From: the human T2T-CHM13v2.0 reference genome, Homo sapiens
Length of the DNA stretch: 64,000 bases
NCBI RefSeq assembly: GCF_009914755.1
Contig: NC_060944.1
Direction: 5' to 3' (one strand)
Within the stretch, counting starts at the first letter, position 1, and every line of letters starts with the position of its first letter. The notes below the pieces were generated by a model. It ran no database searches. It had not been told where the DNA came from and was given only the letters and a program-made list of their open reading frames with translations. This document shows positions 11,612 through 24,399 of this stretch, piece by piece. A program made the position numbers and the translations under genes.

Positions 11612-11779
11612 CATTATCCTCTGCTCTTTATTGTAGGCTTAAAATACTCAATAATGAAATCCAATGAATCTACAAATGCTCGGCAGTGGCCTGGCTGCAA
11701 AGTGAGACCACTAAAGGTTTATTGTTCACAGTGACCTGGCCGCATATCTAGACAGTTGCTTTATGATGGGAAATCTATA

Positions 11780-11900
11780 GTAAAAACAGGCTTCAGAATA
11801 AGATAGATCTGCTGTCTTAAGCTCTTCACGTTACCTTTCCGAGCCTCAGTTTCTTCATCTTTCTAATGGGGAGGATAATGCCAGCCTCATGGCTCAATGA
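11780..11900 (+). mobile_element. MIR fragment
   Basis: GAGCCTCAGTTTCTTCATCT core. Confidence 0.65.
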
Positions 11901-12286
11901 TGGCTGTTCACAGGCCCTCCAGGAAAGGGAGCTCTAGCCCTTTGCAAGGAGCAGAGGCCTGAGAACAACCGTATGTGATGGTGTTGGAGAAGCCAGTGTG
12001 TGGGAAGCTTCTGCTAAGTCAGCAGCATCAGGGATTTGCAGGATGGCCTGACCAGGAAGCATGTTCCTTCCCCCAGCACTTCCTTCCTGCTGATGGAATT
12101 GACATGGGCTGGAATAGTGGAACACACACTCACACATACACACACGTATGCAAACAGCATCCTGCTGGTTTTGATGGATGCGATGCATTGATTGAAATAC
12201 GATGATTCATCAGCATGAGGGTGGAGGTTCGTTCTCTGAGCTTGTCAGGAGGAAAAGTGACAGGGCCTACAAGCAAGTGCTGGAGT

Positions 12287-12497
12287 ACTGGTTCTCAACC
12301 AGGGGTAATTTTTTTCCCCCAGCAGTCATTTGGCAAACTCTGGAGATATGTTTGATGGTTAGAATTCAGGAGATGCTACTGGCATCTAGTGGGTAGAGCC
12401 CAGGGATGCAGCTGAACAATCTACAATGCACCGGACAGGCCCTCTAGCAAAAAATTATCTGGTCCAAAATGTCAATAGCGCCAAGGTGGAGGCCCTT
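12287..12497 (+). mobile_element. MER20 hAT-Charlie
   Basis: TGGTTCTCAACC...GCTACTGGCATCTAGTGGGTAGAG...AAAATGTCAATAG. Confidence 0.9.
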
Positions 12498-12829
12498 TAG
12501 AGGGGACCTAGGGGAGAGAAACCTCTTGGAGGAGCTGACATCCCATCCAGGACATGCAAACGGCCCATCAGGGATTAGAAGTATCTTCTAAAGGGCAGCT
12601 TCTCCGGAGCTCTGTCTGCAGAGAACACCTGCCCAATCCACTCTTATGAGTGGCCTGCCATATGTGGGAGCCTGGGGGCAAGAGATGGCTCTTTCAGCCT
12701 GAATTGGTCACCAAGAGCTCAGGAGCTGGTGTTCAAGGGCAATCCAGGACCCTAACAGGGGCATATGTGGGCACGCTCCAGCCTTGGCGTCCTCACCCAT
12801 TTGATTACTAATTTTGCAAATGTGAGTTT

Positions 12830-13395
12830 GGCCCGCGCTGGAGCCATAGCTTACCCTTCAGGTTCATTTAACATTATCATGTGTACAGCCCCACAGGCTG
12901 TCCCCATTCCCAGGTGGGCTTGGCTGGGTTCTCTGTGCAGGGTCTCACCAGGCTGATGTGAATGTATTGGCCGGGCTGCACTCACATCTGGAAACTCAGG
13001 GGAAGAATTCACTTCCAAGTTCATACGGGTTGTTGGCAGAGTCCGGTTCTTGGTGGTTTTAGGACTGAGGTCCCTGTGTCTTTGCTGGTTGGCTGCCGGG
13101 GGCCACACTCTGCTCCCAGGGGCCTCGCGTAGCTGCACAGCCGGCAAATATGCACCGAGTCCATCCATGCTTTGGATCTCTCTGGCTTCCTCTTCCGCCA
13201 TTAGCCAGAGACAGTTTTCTGCTTTTCACGGCTGTGTGATAGATCAGGGTCATCCAGAAAATTTCCCTCCCTGTCTTAAGGTCAGCTGTGCCGCATAGCA
13301 CGATCGTGGGACTGTTGCATCCGACTCACAGATGCAGCTTCTGGGGTTAAGGGAGAACATCTTTTGGCACCATTTTTAGAATCCTGCCTATTGCA
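12830..13395 (-). mobile_element. MLT1E-type MaLR LTR
   Basis: GGCTGGGTTCTCTG...GGACTGAGGTCCC...TTAGAATCCTGCCTATTGCA. Confidence 0.75.
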
Positions 13396-14069
13396 GTGGC
13401 TTCAAAGTCCTAAAGAATAGTCAGATCTGTGCCAACAGCCCCATCAACACCATGGCTTACTTCAGCAACAGCTTACTTGCCACTGCAGCAGATGACAGGG
13501 GTGCTTTTGGGCCCAGCTGGAGGGATGTCATCTGCCTGGAGCCAGGTTCTAGGACTCTGTTCCCTGCTTTTCTTGGGCTCTGCCTTCGAGGCCATAGTTC
13601 TAGAACCACCTTCCTATAACTCTCCAATACAGCAGCCCTCTGGGCATTTGGCCCAGGATTTCTGTGTTGACTCTGTTGCAGCTTCTTGTCCAAAAGGGCT
13701 CATGTCCAACAAGTGCAAGCTTCCCCTTGGGTGGTGACACCTTCCCATCTCTGCGACTGGCGTATATGACCTATTGGCATGACCCCGGCTGCCATTTATG
13801 CTTCACACATGTGTAGGAAGGGCTTTGGGAGTGGTCTTTCCTGAGTGGAGATGGCTCTGTCTCCGCACATGACTATCAGCATGGAAGTCAGTAGGATGGA
13901 GAGTGATGGGTCTGGAGTGGCTACTGTTCCCACAGGAATTAAGCAGTGACCATAGCAATGTCTCAGTAGAGGGTAATGAATAACATCAGTAGATGGTGGC
14001 CATGTTTTACCTTCTCAAATCAGTCACAATAGTCTCAATTCAGTGCATTATTTATGGGCACCCACTACT

Positions 14070-14260
14070 AGCACAGCCTACAGGTTTCATCAGGCATGCC
14101 AACTCCTGTTGATGTTGGCAGCTTACCCAGATGCTTTTACCAAGATAAATTGTGAGGCTGCATTTGGCTGATTGGAAAAAATGCTGTGATTGATTAGTGA
14201 TGTCTGCCATGGCCAGGGAGGGGATAAATAGGCAAGTGAGACAGGTTTGTCCATGAGCCT
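14070..14260. mobile_element. MER102-like hAT fragment
   Basis: GTGATTGATTAGTGATGTCTGCCATGG motif. Confidence 0.5.
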
Positions 14261-14299
14261 AGGCCTACTGAGGATGAAGAGGTAAATGAGAAGGCTGCA

Positions 14300-14470
14300 T
14301 TTTAGTGGTTCAGAGCATAGAGTTTAAAATCAGAAAGGCTGGGATTCTGCAGCCAGCTCTGCTCTGTATGTGGATGAGTTACCTAACTTTGCTGTGCCTC
14401 AGTCTTCTTATCTGTGAAATATGGACACTAATAATTGTGAGCACTAAATGAGAATGTAAATAAAGCACTC
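14300..14470 (+). mobile_element. MIR
   Basis: TAGTGGTTCAGAGCATAG...GTGCCTCAGTCTTCTTATCTGTGAAAT. Confidence 0.75.
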
Positions 14471-14510
14471 ATTCTAGACCGTTCATGATTGCATAAGGAT
14501 CCCTCAGAGG

Positions 14511-14818
14511 GGCCAGGCATGGTGGCTCACACCTGTAATCCTAGCACTTTGGGAGGCCGAGGCAGGTGGATCACTTGAGGTCAGGAGTTCAAAACCAGCC
14601 TGGCCAACATGGTAAAACCCTGTCTTTACTAAAAATACAAAAAAAAAAAAATTAGCCAGGCATGGTGGCAGGCACCTGTAATCCTAGCTACTCAGAGGCT
14701 GAGGCAGGAGAATGGTTTGAACCTGGGAGGCAGAGGTTCCAGTGAGCCAAGATCACGCCACTGCACCCCAGCCTGGGTGACAGAGCGAGACTCCATCTCA
14801 ATAAATAAATACATAAAT
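14511..14818 (+). mobile_element. AluS (Sz/Sx)
   Basis: Full dimer; TSD AAGGATC(C/T)CTCAGAGG at 14495-14510 and 14819-14834. Confidence 0.95.
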
Positions 14819-14834
14819 AAGGATCTCTCAGAGG

Positions 14835-15210
14835 TTGACAGTCTTCTGAGGGAGACAGATATGCAGATAAACACATGTAATAAGCATTAGAATTGCAGGA
14901 TTGGGTATGGAGAGTGAGGCACAAGTAGGAAGTGCTCACTCTCCTGAGGTGGACATTGTCTGCAAGGGACTATATCAGCTGGGTATGGAAGGATGGGGAG
15001 GGGCTTGCTAGGTAGAAAAGAAAGGAAGGGACTTTCCAAGACAGGGAGGTGGGCAGGCAAAGGTCACAGGGCTAGGAAGTCAATGACAAGTTCAGACAAG
15101 CATTGGGCATGGCAGAGGAAGGAGGGAGCTGAGGGGACAGCAGGAAGCAAATCTGTGCATAAGATGGGCCATGCTGTTGAGGACTGCATGAGCTGCACTA
15201 AGGGATTTGG
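14835..15210 (-). mobile_element. L2 fragment
   Basis: Purine-rich L2-like sequence continuing across the Alu. Confidence 0.5.
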
Positions 15211-15227
15211 CCCTAACTGGGTGTGTG

Positions 15228-16290
15228 TGTGTTAGAACACGGTTTGGCTGCCATAAGGGCGAATCCTCAAAGCAGAAGGGTGTGGACAAGGCAGGAAAGT
15301 TCTTTTCTCTTATGGACATTCCCCCACTGGTGTAGCAGCTCTGCTGTGTGAGGTCTTAAGGGCTCTGCCTCCTTCTTCCTTGTTCTGCATGTTAGTTATC
15401 CATCACTGCTTCACAAATTACTGCACTTGGTGGGTTAGCGCAGCAGCCACATTTATCATCTCACAATTTCTGTGGGTTGGGAATCCAGTGTGATGAGGCT
15501 GGGTCCTCAGCTTCACGGTCTCCCATAGGCTGCAGTTGAGGTGTTGGCCTTGGTTGCCATCTTGTCTCAAGGCTTGATTGGGGAGAGCTCTGCTTCCAGG
15601 CTCTCCCAGGCAGAATGCAGTTTCTTGTAGGGCATTGACTGGGGGCTGTTGGCAGCCCTTAGTTCCTTTCAACCTGGGCCTTTCCAGCATGGTGGCTTAC
15701 TTCGTCAAAGCATGCAAGCCAAGAAGGCGACAGAGAGAAAGAGAGAGAGGGAGAGAGACCGACCTAGCAAGAGAATGCAACCACGACAGAAGCCAGTCTC
15801 TTGAATAATCTTGTGAGTGACGTTCCATTCCATTTGCCACATTCTACTCATTAGAAGCAGGTCCCTAGGTCCAGCCACACTCCGGGGCTGGGAGTTACAT
15901 ACCATGTGAATACAAGGAGGGGGAAATCACTGAGGACAGTTTCCAAAACTGCCTTCCACACTCTACCACCCCTTGAGTAATGTCCTTGTCCACCTGAGGC
16001 AAAATGTCTCAGTCACATGCACCTTCCAGCCCATGGGGATGGGGAGAAATCAGAAAGGGGGTACCCCTCGCTTTTAGCCCAAGACACAGAAATGGCAAGC
16101 AGCACTTCTGTTCACCTTGCATCGGCCTGAGCTTGGTCAGTGTCTCCTCTTGCCCGGGAGCTGGGCAGTTACAGTCTTTAGCTGAGCCACCAGGGGCCTG
16201 GCTCAGAGTCAGGGGTTGTATTTCCAGGAGAGGAGAGGAGAGGAGAGGAGAGAATGGACACCGGAGAAAAGCGGCCATCTCTGCAACTCC
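15228..16290 (-). mobile_element. MLT1J-like LTR, host of a nested MLT1E
   Basis: CACTTCTGTTCAC...GAGCTTGGTCA...GGGAGCTGGG...GAATGGACA...CATCTCTGCAAC. Confidence 0.6.
15389..15960 (-). mobile_element. MLT1E-type LTR
   Basis: TGTTAGTTATC...CATTTATCATCTCACAATTTCTGTGGGT...CATTTGCCACATTCTAC...CTGCCTTCCACA. Confidence 0.8.
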
Positions 16291-16711
16291 AGGGCCTGCC
16301 AATGGGTGTTGGGGGCAGGACATAATTTCTTTCTTGTATAAAGTAGAAAAATTCCTTCCTTTCCTCCACAAATAGTCATTGAGCATCTTCTGCGGGTCAC
16401 ACATGTGCCAGACACTATGCAGATTGGCAAAAGGAAGGGAAGGGAACGGAGGGGAAAAGAAACGAAGAAACTCAGGCCTGCCCAGGTGTGTGTGCAGAGC
16501 TTGCAGCCTAGCTGGGGACAGATAGCAAATAACCCCACACCTAAACGAACATGTAATTACAACGCGTCAAGTGTTAGGAAGGAAGCAGATTCGCAGACGG
16601 CGGCTTTGTTTTTAATTCTCTTGCTAGGCCCCTCTGTCTTTCTTTCTCCCTTCCTGTCTCTCTCTCCACCTGTAACGGGGTCTGTCCTAGTCAGGGAATG
16701 AAAGGCGGCTT

Positions 16712-17257
16712 TGCTGGTAGATGTCATTTCCGAGGACGGCCTCAGGGGTGGCGTCCCTCCCACGCACTCTTCCCGTGTGATGTACGTGCGCTTCCTGCTG
16801 AGAAGTGGGTTCTGTGTCCCTTATCCTAGAATAACGCCCAGTCTTATTGACTCACTTCTAATGCCTAGTACGTGGCAGAAGTGAGGCTGTGTGACTACCA
16901 AGGCAGGTGCCATAGCTTCCGCCTGCTTTGTTGCCTCTCTGGGGACAATCACCCTTGGATCCCAGCCACCGTGCTGTGAGGAAACCCACAACAGCGCCCC
17001 CTGGAGGAGAACAGCGGCCCCAGCCAAGAGCCAGCATCAACAGCCAGGCCCCTCTGAATGCACGCACCTTCAGTCAGCTCCAGCCCAGGCCTCACGTCCT
17101 TCAGCTGAGGCCCGCGACATCCCGGAGCAGAGACAAGCTATGCCCACTGAATCCTGCCCAAAGTCCCGGCCCACTGGGTCGCTAAGCAGAAGAAACCCTT
17201 GTTTCACGCTGCTGGTATTTGGGGTAATGTGTTACACAGCCACGGTCACAAGCACAG
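16712..17257 (+). mobile_element. MLT1F/G-type MaLR LTR
   Basis: GTGGCAGAAGTGAGGCTGTGTGACT...CCAGCCACCGTGCTGTGAGGAA...TTTGGGGTAATGTGTTACACAGC. Confidence 0.8.
16992..17007 (-). promoter_or_regulatory. Predicted CTCF motif CCTCCAGGGGGCGCTG
   Basis: The + strand reads CAGCGCCCCCTGGAGG, matching the CTCF core, in a CpG-rich patch; motif only, no binding data. Confidence 0.6.
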
Positions 17258-17521
17258 CCTCTATGAGGGAGTGGCACTTCAGCTGCGCCTTCAAAAATGA
17301 CTTGGCATCAGCCAGGCAAAGAGCATGGGAGGAGAGAACGTTCCAGGCAGAGAAAACCGCACAAACAAAGGCCCTGGGGCAGGAACAAACTCAGTGCATT
17401 TAAGGATGAGCAGGCAGGCCCCAGTGACTGAAGCTCAGGACAGGGGTGGGTGCTGGGGGCTGAGGGATGAGTTGCAATTTCCCATCTGCCTAAGGTATAA
17501 GGAAGAAGGAAAGGGGTATGA

Positions 17522-17635
<114 letters not shown>

Positions 17636-17904
17636 TGAATTGCTTTTTTTTTTTCTGCAGGCTGCAGAGTGGAGGAATGACGGCAGAGGCGGGTGGGGGA
17701 GGGCACACACGACAGCTGAATGATGCTGCTGAGAGCATGTGGCCAGTGGCAGGTCAGGGCCATGGACAAAGAAGGAAGTGACCTGGTTTGAAACATGGAA
17801 TAGGGGACACATTCCTTAGAGTGAAGGTGGTGTTTGCAAGTAAATTCTCCTGAAATGCTGTCATCTCACCTGGGAGTGTTGAGGCCTGATGCTGTTATTC
17901 TCTG

Positions 17905-18440
17905 TATTTGTTAGGGGTCTTTTGGATACAGGAAAATGAACTCAAGGTTGGTGACTGTAAAAAGGGTTGCTTGAGGAGTTTTTGTTGTTGTTGTTGTTGT
18001 TTGTTTGTTTGTTTTGGCTGACATATGTGGAAAGTCCGAGTCTGTGGTTTGCACCCGCTTCCTCAAGCCCCAGTGCTTGAGGTTTGGCTTTGCCTACAGC
18101 CCCACAGACCACTCTCAGGCGGGTCTTTCTGCAGACCTGGGCTGGATGTATTGGCACTTCCAGGGTCAGATCCAGGGGAACGGAAGGCATGGCTTTCTGC
18201 TGACAGCTCTGGAAAGCCCCAAGGATCTTGTTGGCTCTGATATACTCATGTCCCTTCCCCTCCTGTGGTCAGGGCAACGTGATCCTGTGATTGGCCAACT
18301 CTGGGTCACTTGCTCTTCCTGGGAGCCGGGGGGGAGCCCACACCACAGGGCCACATGATCTGAGAGAGAGAAAGAGGGTGGCCTCAGTGGGAAATGGGGG
18401 TACTGTAACCAGAAAAATAGATAACGAATGTAGGCCAGAC
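17905..18440 (-). mobile_element. Old MLT1 (L-like) LTR
   Basis: GATTGGCCAACTCTGGGTCAC and overall similarity to 35828-36345. Confidence 0.45.
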
Positions 18441-18610
18441 AAGAATGACAAATGCTCATGGCAGTCAGTAACACTTTAGTTAGAAACAGCATATTGGCAA
18501 GCACAGGCAAGGGAGGAAGTAACTTGAGGAGCCAATGGGACGAAGACCTAGGGTTTTGAATGGGGAAAAGATACAATCTCCTCACTTTGCCCTGATACTT
18601 TGTAGTTGCT

Positions 18611-18979
18611 TATATTAGTCCATTTTCACACTGCTATAAAGACATACCCGAGACTGGGTAACTTATGAAGGAAAGAGGTTTAATTGACTCACAGTTCTGC
18701 ATGGCTGGAGAGGCCACAGGAAACTTAGAATCATGGTGGAAGACAAAGGAGAAGCAAGTACTTTCTTCACAAGGCAGCAAGAGAGAGAAGCAAGTGCAGA
18801 GGAAACTGCTACTTATATATAAACCGTCAGATCTTGTGAGAAATCCTTCACTATCATGAGAACAGCATGGGGGAACCCACCTCCATGATCCAGTCACCTC
18901 CCACCAGGTCCCTCCCTGACACATGGAGATTACAACTGGAGATGAGATTTGGGTGGGGACAAAGAGCCAAACCATGTCA
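18611..18979 (-). mobile_element. THE1D/MSTA-type MaLR LTR
   Basis: TATTAGTCCATTTTCACACTGCTATAAAG...GAGATTTGGGTGGGGAC...CAAACCATGTCA. Confidence 0.9.
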
Positions 18980-18999
18980 TCACCAAAGGGTTTCTCAGG

Positions 19000-19520
19000 T
19001 TTTGCCTTAATTCATACTCGCAGCAGTCACTGGCTGGGGTGAGCATCATCCCTGTCTACATGACAGATGAGGAAACAGGGGCTCAGAGAGGGGAGCCTGT
19101 TGCTGCAGATCCCGCCACTGAGAAACTTGAACTCAGGCCCGAGACTTGAGGTCAAAGCCATCTCTGCAGACACCATCTCTCAGGCCCAGAGTCTCCGGTG
19201 CCTGGATGTTGGGAGAATGACAAGGTGCCTGAGCACCCGGGCATTAGATGAGGCAGAAGCAGTTTGAAGACGCTTTGAGATCAGCTGATGTACAATACTC
19301 ATAACTGCTATACTTTACTGAACCCACTTACACATATCACATCATTCAGTCCTCCCAGAAACCCAGGTGAAAGATAGACTGTTGTTATCTCCATTTTCCA
19401 GATGGAAATAAAATGAAGGCCGATTAAGAAACTGGCTCAGCATTACCCAAATAAGATGGAGTGGAAGCAGGATTCGAACTCAGGTCTCTGACTCTATGAC
19501 CAGCTGCCGACCTACTGTAC
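19000..19520 (-). mobile_element. Two MIR fragments (about 19000-19180 and 19300-19520)
   Basis: ACAGATGAGGAAAC; CCATTTTCCAGATG...GGATTCGAACTCAGG. Confidence 0.7.
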
Positions 19521-20396
19521 AATAATGCCTGCAGTTCTAAACCACCTTGAGTCACTGTCACCACACTTTTGGGCCAATTAGGACATTGAAATCCTTGCTA
19601 ATTCATTTTGTATCTTAGGAAATAGACTTTAAGGTTTCAGGGTCTTATCTCTGTGTCTTAGCTTTTGTGCCTATGTTGAAAGCTGTATTACTTTATAAAG
19701 GTTTCAAAGGACTGGCTGTGCTGTGTGTGTGTATGTAGAACAGAGGTGAAATACTGTTTGCTCAGAGGAGTCTGGAGATTTTTCTGGCGTTTCCTTGACT
19801 ACGTACTCTAGGATGCTAGAGAATGTTCTGCTAGATCATTTTAGCAGTTATATTTTACTCATTTATGAATCTTTAACTTTAAACTCCCTCCACTCAGAAA
19901 TCCATAAAATTGGAAATTAACCTCCATTTGTGGCGAGTCTGTCAACAGCTAATCCCTCCCCACAGCCACCACATCCTTTTCACTGGGTGCCAGAAGTAGA
20001 GGCACCCAGGCCATGGTGGGCAGACAGAGGGGAACCTCCAAAAGATACCCGGGCTCTGACATCCTCAGGGATTGCCCTCAGATCTGGGACACAAGCTGAA
20101 GTGATGTCACCCAATGCCACAGCATGGAACTCCCTCCGTGGTGTCTGTGGTCAGACTGGGGCCCAGAAGTGTCTCCCTGTCCTGGTGTTCGATGTCCTGA
20201 TGAAGTCAGATTTCTTGGGCTAGGGATTTGGTTGCCAATGATTGCCTTGTGAACTGGCAGATGTAAAATAAACATTTCTAGAGCTAGAAGCACAGGGAGC
20301 CTAAATGCTAGTGGTGGCCCCAGGAGGGGCAGGAGCAAGACCTGCATGGCAGCGACCTGGGACAACTTAGGTTTTGCATTTGCCAAGGCCTAATGC

Positions 20397-20662
20397 TACA
20401 CACACACACACACACACGGATACACACACATGCACACACACACACACACACACACGGATACACACACATGCACACACACACATCATACATGCATACATAC
20501 ACACAGACACACATGTATAGCATGCACATGGAGACACACACAGAGAGATACATGGATACACACATGGACACACGTGCATCATACATGCACACACAGAGAT
20601 ACACGGATACATGTACACGGACACACATGCACGTACGCGGGCACACACGGAGACACACATGG
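20397..20662. repeat. Degenerate (CA)n / CA-rich array
   Basis: Direct reading. Confidence 0.95.
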
Positions 20663-21034
20663 ACAGGGAGGAAAGGGAAAGATGAACAGCACGTGACTGG
20701 ATCAGCCTGGGTCCCCAGCACTGTCTGCAGTTTGGACTTGAGCCCCGTGGGGCGCCATGTGCAGTGCAGGTTTCCACACTCACGCAGAAAGCAGATATGG
20801 CCATTGCAGGGTCCCCTGCCAGGGCTGGCAATGAGTCACTTTTTCCACCTCTGCGACCCCTCCCCAAGTCAGCTCTCTCAAGCTGCTATTGTTCTGAGTG
20901 AAGGCAGCATCTTCCCACTGCAGAGAAGCAGCTCCTGCGCCCACTTTAAGGGGCCCAGATCCTTCCTCTGGCCAGGTGTGAGGAGGGTATTAGGACCCCG
21001 CCATCCCCCAAAAAGCAATCATGAAAACCCAGAT

Positions 21035-21510
21035 TCCCATGAGGCCTTATGTCATGTGAGCCCTGCCTACCTTCCCCCGCTCCCTTCCTTGCCGCTTCAG
21101 CCTCCAAATCCCTCCTGGAGCTTCTCAGATATCCCAGGCTTCTTCCACCATCCAACCCCTACACGTTTGCTCCTGCTGTGTCCTCTGCCGGGAATGCTCT
21201 TCTCAAGTCTCTGCCCATCTGTCACCTCCTCAGGGAAGCCCTCCAGGATCACTCTGTCCAAAATATTAATACTATCCCCATTATTTTATTCTATCCTTCC
21301 TACCCTGTTTCTCCCCCCATAGCATTTGTAACTACCTGGCCTGATGCTGTATGTTTGGTTATTTACCTATTACTTGTCTCCCACACTAAAACATCAGTTC
21401 TGTGAGGCTAGGGACTTTTGTCTGCCTCATTCAGTATTGTATCCTCATGCCTAGAACAGGGCCTGGCACTGCAGATGCTCAGTTAAGAGAGGGCAAATGT
21501 GTGGATGAGT
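21035..21510 (+). mobile_element. L2a 3' end
   Basis: TGTCACCTCCTCAGGGAAGCC...GCCTAGAACAGGGCCTGGCAC. Confidence 0.85.
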
Positions 21511-21729
21511 GTTGAACACACAACACACAATTACGGGAGAAATCAACGTCGTCATTCACTCTGGGCCGGATGGTGGGATCCAGATTAGAGCAGAAGGCTG
21601 GGTGCAGACAAAGGCCTGCTCACTTTGGGTTGGAGAATTCATTCAGGGAAGACTTCTTGAAGAGCCTGAATCAATTGTGTTGCCTTCCAAGGGAGGTAAC
21701 ATTTTGTGAAACTTGTCCAAAGCAGGGGA

Positions 21730-21975
21730 GAAGTGTGAAGAGGGAGAGCCCTAGAATCTAGCTGCCTGGGTTGACGGCCCGCCTTGCTCCTTCCTTGCTG
21801 GCTGTGTGAGCCTGGGGAAGTCACACATCCTCTCTGAGTCTGTTTTAACATCTGAAAATTAGCTAATAATGGTAACCACTTACAGAAGACTGGGGGTGGA
21901 TCTAATTAGATAATACCGCGAAAACATTGAGCCCGTGACTGGCACACACTATGCCTGCAATACATTTTAGCTTTT
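21730..21975 (+). mobile_element. MIR
   Basis: GCTGCCTGGGTT...GGCTGTGTGAG...CCTCTCTGAG. Confidence 0.7.
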
Positions 21976-23089
21976 AAAAACTTTTGTTGTGTGAGGTACC
22001 CACGCATAGGTAACTTGGTGTACACCTGGGGCAAGTCACTTCACCTCTCTGGCCCCGGGTTGCTTCATGTGTAAAATGAGGAACTCAAATTCAGTTCTTC
22101 CCAGCTTTCACATTCTATCACTGCCTGGGTCCTTACGTTGTGGGTTGGAAGTCAGCTGGAGTTTTTCTTTAATCTAGTCTTTCTCCCTTATACCTTCTCG
22201 ATTTAGCTCCTGGGAAACCTTGTTAGCTTTCGTTGAAAACAAGAAAGACAAATCCAGTTGGGTGTTAGGAAGGCAAGGCGCAGAGTCAATGTGTGTGTGG
22301 TGTGACTTTAGGATAGAGGAATAGGGACCCCATGGACTTGGGCCTTGTGTCTGGCGGAAGGAGAGGTTGGAAGGTGGATGCCGGTTGGCAGCGCAGCAGA
22401 GAACTCAGGCATGACGTGCCCAGGTGCGAGCTGCCTTGGGCAGGTCTAAAGCCTTGGGAGCAGCAATCTCTTAGCAGCCCTGCAGATACCCCTTTCTCTG
22501 CTGAAATGCTCAGTTTTTCTTGGTCTCAAGTGACAGAAACCAACCTCAGACTGACTCCAGCGATTCAGGGGCCATCCTGACTCATGAACCTAAACAGACC
22601 TTGATGAACCTTTGTGCCTGGCTGAATCTTGGGGCTTAAAGAACGTGTTCAGGGATCGCGCTTTCTCTTTCTGCTTTTCTTTTCATCACCAGTAGTTTCA
22701 GGCTTGCATCCTACAGCTCAGTGAGGCCCTGGAAAAAGAGCATCCCTTTTCTCAAACCTCCTAGGGTTGATTTGGCTTGGGTGCGGGCAGGGAACCCTTG
22801 GCGCAGGCAGAGCTGTGGAGCGTGGTGATGCGTCAGGCCCGTGTTACAGGCTCTGACCTGGAGCTTCAGAGCGCTTGTGCAGGTGAGTGTGTGCAAGTGC
22901 ACACGTGACTATAAGAGGGTGTGTGAGTGTGTGTGTGTGTGCACACACAGAAAAACAATGGGACAATCCTTCCCACCATCACTATTTGAGCTGAGAACTG
23001 GGGAGCAATGGTCCTCTAGGAGAGCCGAGGGGCCATTCAACATAGAGGGGAGATGGGGAATCCTAGGTGGGTGAATAGTGATATGGGGC

Positions 23090-23280
23090 CCCTGTTAAAA
23101 GCATAGACTCTGGGGCCATTGCCTGGGTCAGATTGTCCCTTCACTAGCTTATGACCTGGGTCAGGGTTCTTACTCTCTAATTGCCTCCATTTCCCCATCT
23201 GGAAATTGGGGATATTAGTGCTTCCATCAAAACAAGAGTCTGTGAGGATTAAGTGAGCTATGATATGAGAAGGAGCTTCC
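23090..23280 (+). mobile_element. MIR
   Basis: AGACTCTGG...GCCTGGGT...GTGAGGATTAAGTGAG. Confidence 0.75.
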
Positions 23281-23789
23281 AGCTGACTCCTAGATGCCCT
23301 TTCTGAGCAGCAGAGGTAGTCGTGGAAATGCCAGCTCCTCTTGGTCAATTACATTGATAAATGTCATTCCCCAGATTTCCCTTTCAGAGCAGCTCGGTAG
23401 GTTGTGAATCCAGGCCAGGCAGAATAGAAGATGGGGCTCACTGATTTGCAGAGAGTGGTCCAGGAAGTGGGAGTAGGTGGAGTACGTGGGGAGAGGTGGA
23501 CAGGCACCCTCCATAGCCTCAGAGAGCTGGATGCATGCTCCACCCCTCACATCAAAAGCCGGCCAGTCTCTGGACCTGGGAGGAAGGGTCAGCTATTTGT
23601 TACTCTCCTTGACCTTTGTCAGGTAATCCCAAATGTTCACCTGTTTAGGTTAGACATTTTATCTTTCTGAGAAGTACTTCTATTTATCTACTACTCTCTG
23701 CTGCAAAATGTAGGCATTTTAAAGGTCAATACATTTGTAAAGCCTGACAGTTTCCCGTGTGTTTAGTGCTGAAATGGTCTGTGGACAGG

Positions 23790-24399
23790 TATATTAGTTA
23801 CTGTGGCATAACAAATCATCCACAAACCTCATAGCTTAGAATAACAAACAGTTAAAACTATCTCACAGTATCTGTGGGGCAGGAATCCAGGCACAGCTTA
23901 GCTGGGTCCTCTCCTTCAGTGTCTCTTCCAAGGCTGCCATCAAGGTCTTAACCAGGGCTAGGATCTCATCTGAAGGCTCAACTGGTGTCGGCTCCATTTC
24001 CAAGTTCACACATGTGGTTGTTGGGAGGATTCTGTCATGTGTGGGCTCTTCGATTCAGGGCCTCAGCTCCTCACTGGCTGTTGGATGGAGAACTCTGTCA
24101 GTTCATTGCCACACCGGCTCCCCGCTCGCCACAGGGCAGATTTCAGCATGAGCTGACTATTGACCATGTGAGCCTTCCAACCTGGCAGGCTGCTTCCTCA
24201 CAGCTGGCGAGGGAGAGGGTCTGCTAGCAAGATGGAAGCCCAACTATTCTGTAATCTAATCACAGATGTGGCATTCCCCCAATATTGAGGTATGCTGTTG
24301 GTTTGATGGAAATTACCCAAGGAGAAGGGATTACCTGAGGGCATGAATATAAGAAAGTGAAGATCACAGAGACCATCTCAGAAGCTGCCTGAACCACCA
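23790..24399 (-). mobile_element. MLT1E-type LTR
   Basis: CAGGAATCCAGGCACAGCTTAGCTGGGTCCTCT...CTCATCTGAAGGCTCAACTGG. Confidence 0.8.

Noticed and set aside
16329-16346. CTTTCTTGTATAAAGTAG resembles the lambda/Gateway attB2 core
   Set aside because: Short imperfect match with no vector or phage context; chance
20393-21322. 309-aa His/Thr-rich ORF, the longest in the window
   Set aside because: It reads through a CA repeat and an L2 with no coding signature
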